Shown piece by piece: positions 63,954 to 64,000 of a stretch of 64,000 nt of DNA. Source of the stretch: Acutalibacteraceae bacterium (GTDB taxonomy: Bacteria > Bacillota > Clostridia > Oscillospirales > Acutalibacteraceae). Location: contig JAZOCW010000032.1 in NCBI GenBank assembly GCA_045596705.1, positions 629 to 64,628 of the forward strand. The letters run 5' to 3'. The notes under the pieces were generated by a model that searched no databases, was not told where the DNA came from, and was given only the letters and a program-made list of their open reading frames with translations. Positions within the stretch are counted from its first letter, which is position 1. Each line of letters opens with the position of its first letter. The position numbers were made by a program, and so were the translations under genes.

Positions 63954-64000
63954 TGGTGACCCGGACGGGATTCGAACCCGTGTTACCGCCGTGAAAGGGC
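63954..64000 (-). tRNA. tRNA-Glu (anticodon UUC), 3' part only (5' part lies beyond the window)
   Basis: The reverse complement is GCC-CTTTCAC-GGCGG TAACACGGGTTCGAATCCCGTCCGGGTCACCA. It contains the anticodon loop, T-arm, acceptor 3' strand and CCA. Confidence 0.85.

Overview
This 64-kb window looks like chromosomal DNA from a Gram-positive anaerobe, probably Clostridia (Oscillospiraceae/Ruminococcaceae-like). That guess rests on GGAGG-type RBSs, a T-box leader, gene content and roughly 45-50% GC by eye. About 70 protein genes are tightly packed, and most are housekeeping. They include a stand-alone guaA ATP-pyrophosphatase domain, metY-metA, a Ca2+ P-type ATPase, rubrerythrin, comM/yifB, aroK, asnA, recA-recX-rimO-pgsA, T-box-cysE-cysS-trmN6-rsmI-LCP, PiT, citrate synthase and a split chrA pair. 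tRNA-Ser(CGA), tRNA-Ala(CGC) and a partial tRNA-Glu(UUC) are also present. I found no CRISPR array and no rRNA. Seven regions are worth a second look. (1) 25.0-30.5 kb is a promoter-to-terminator operon of three tandem DUF4091/GH123-like paralogues plus a GH130 phosphorylase. All four lack signal peptides, and the copies show a sharp mosaic (gene-conversion-like) identity pattern. (2) 12.9-16.5 kb is an orphan phage module (tail fibre, LRR protein, endolysin, holin) with no integrase or head/tail genes, and the LRR gene has a compositionally foreign central part. (3) 37.7-39.3 kb is a compact FTR-like / thioredoxin / D-2-hydroxyacid dehydrogenase operon in which the dehydrogenase carries a Cys/His-rich C-terminal tail. 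(4) An IS200-type element has conserved end hairpins and an RBS-occluding hairpin, and it sits between a terminator and a 136-bp nested palindrome. (5) tRNA-associated scars are a 22-nt duplication of the tRNA-Glu 3' end and a degenerate tRNA-Ser 5' half, next to AT-rich orphan genes. (6) A CofE-like gene is co-transcribed with a GATase-less GMP synthase. (7) A gene missing from the ORF track (1..1555, minus strand) is driven by a perfect consensus promoter. All family assignments come from motif recognition by eye; no database search was possible.
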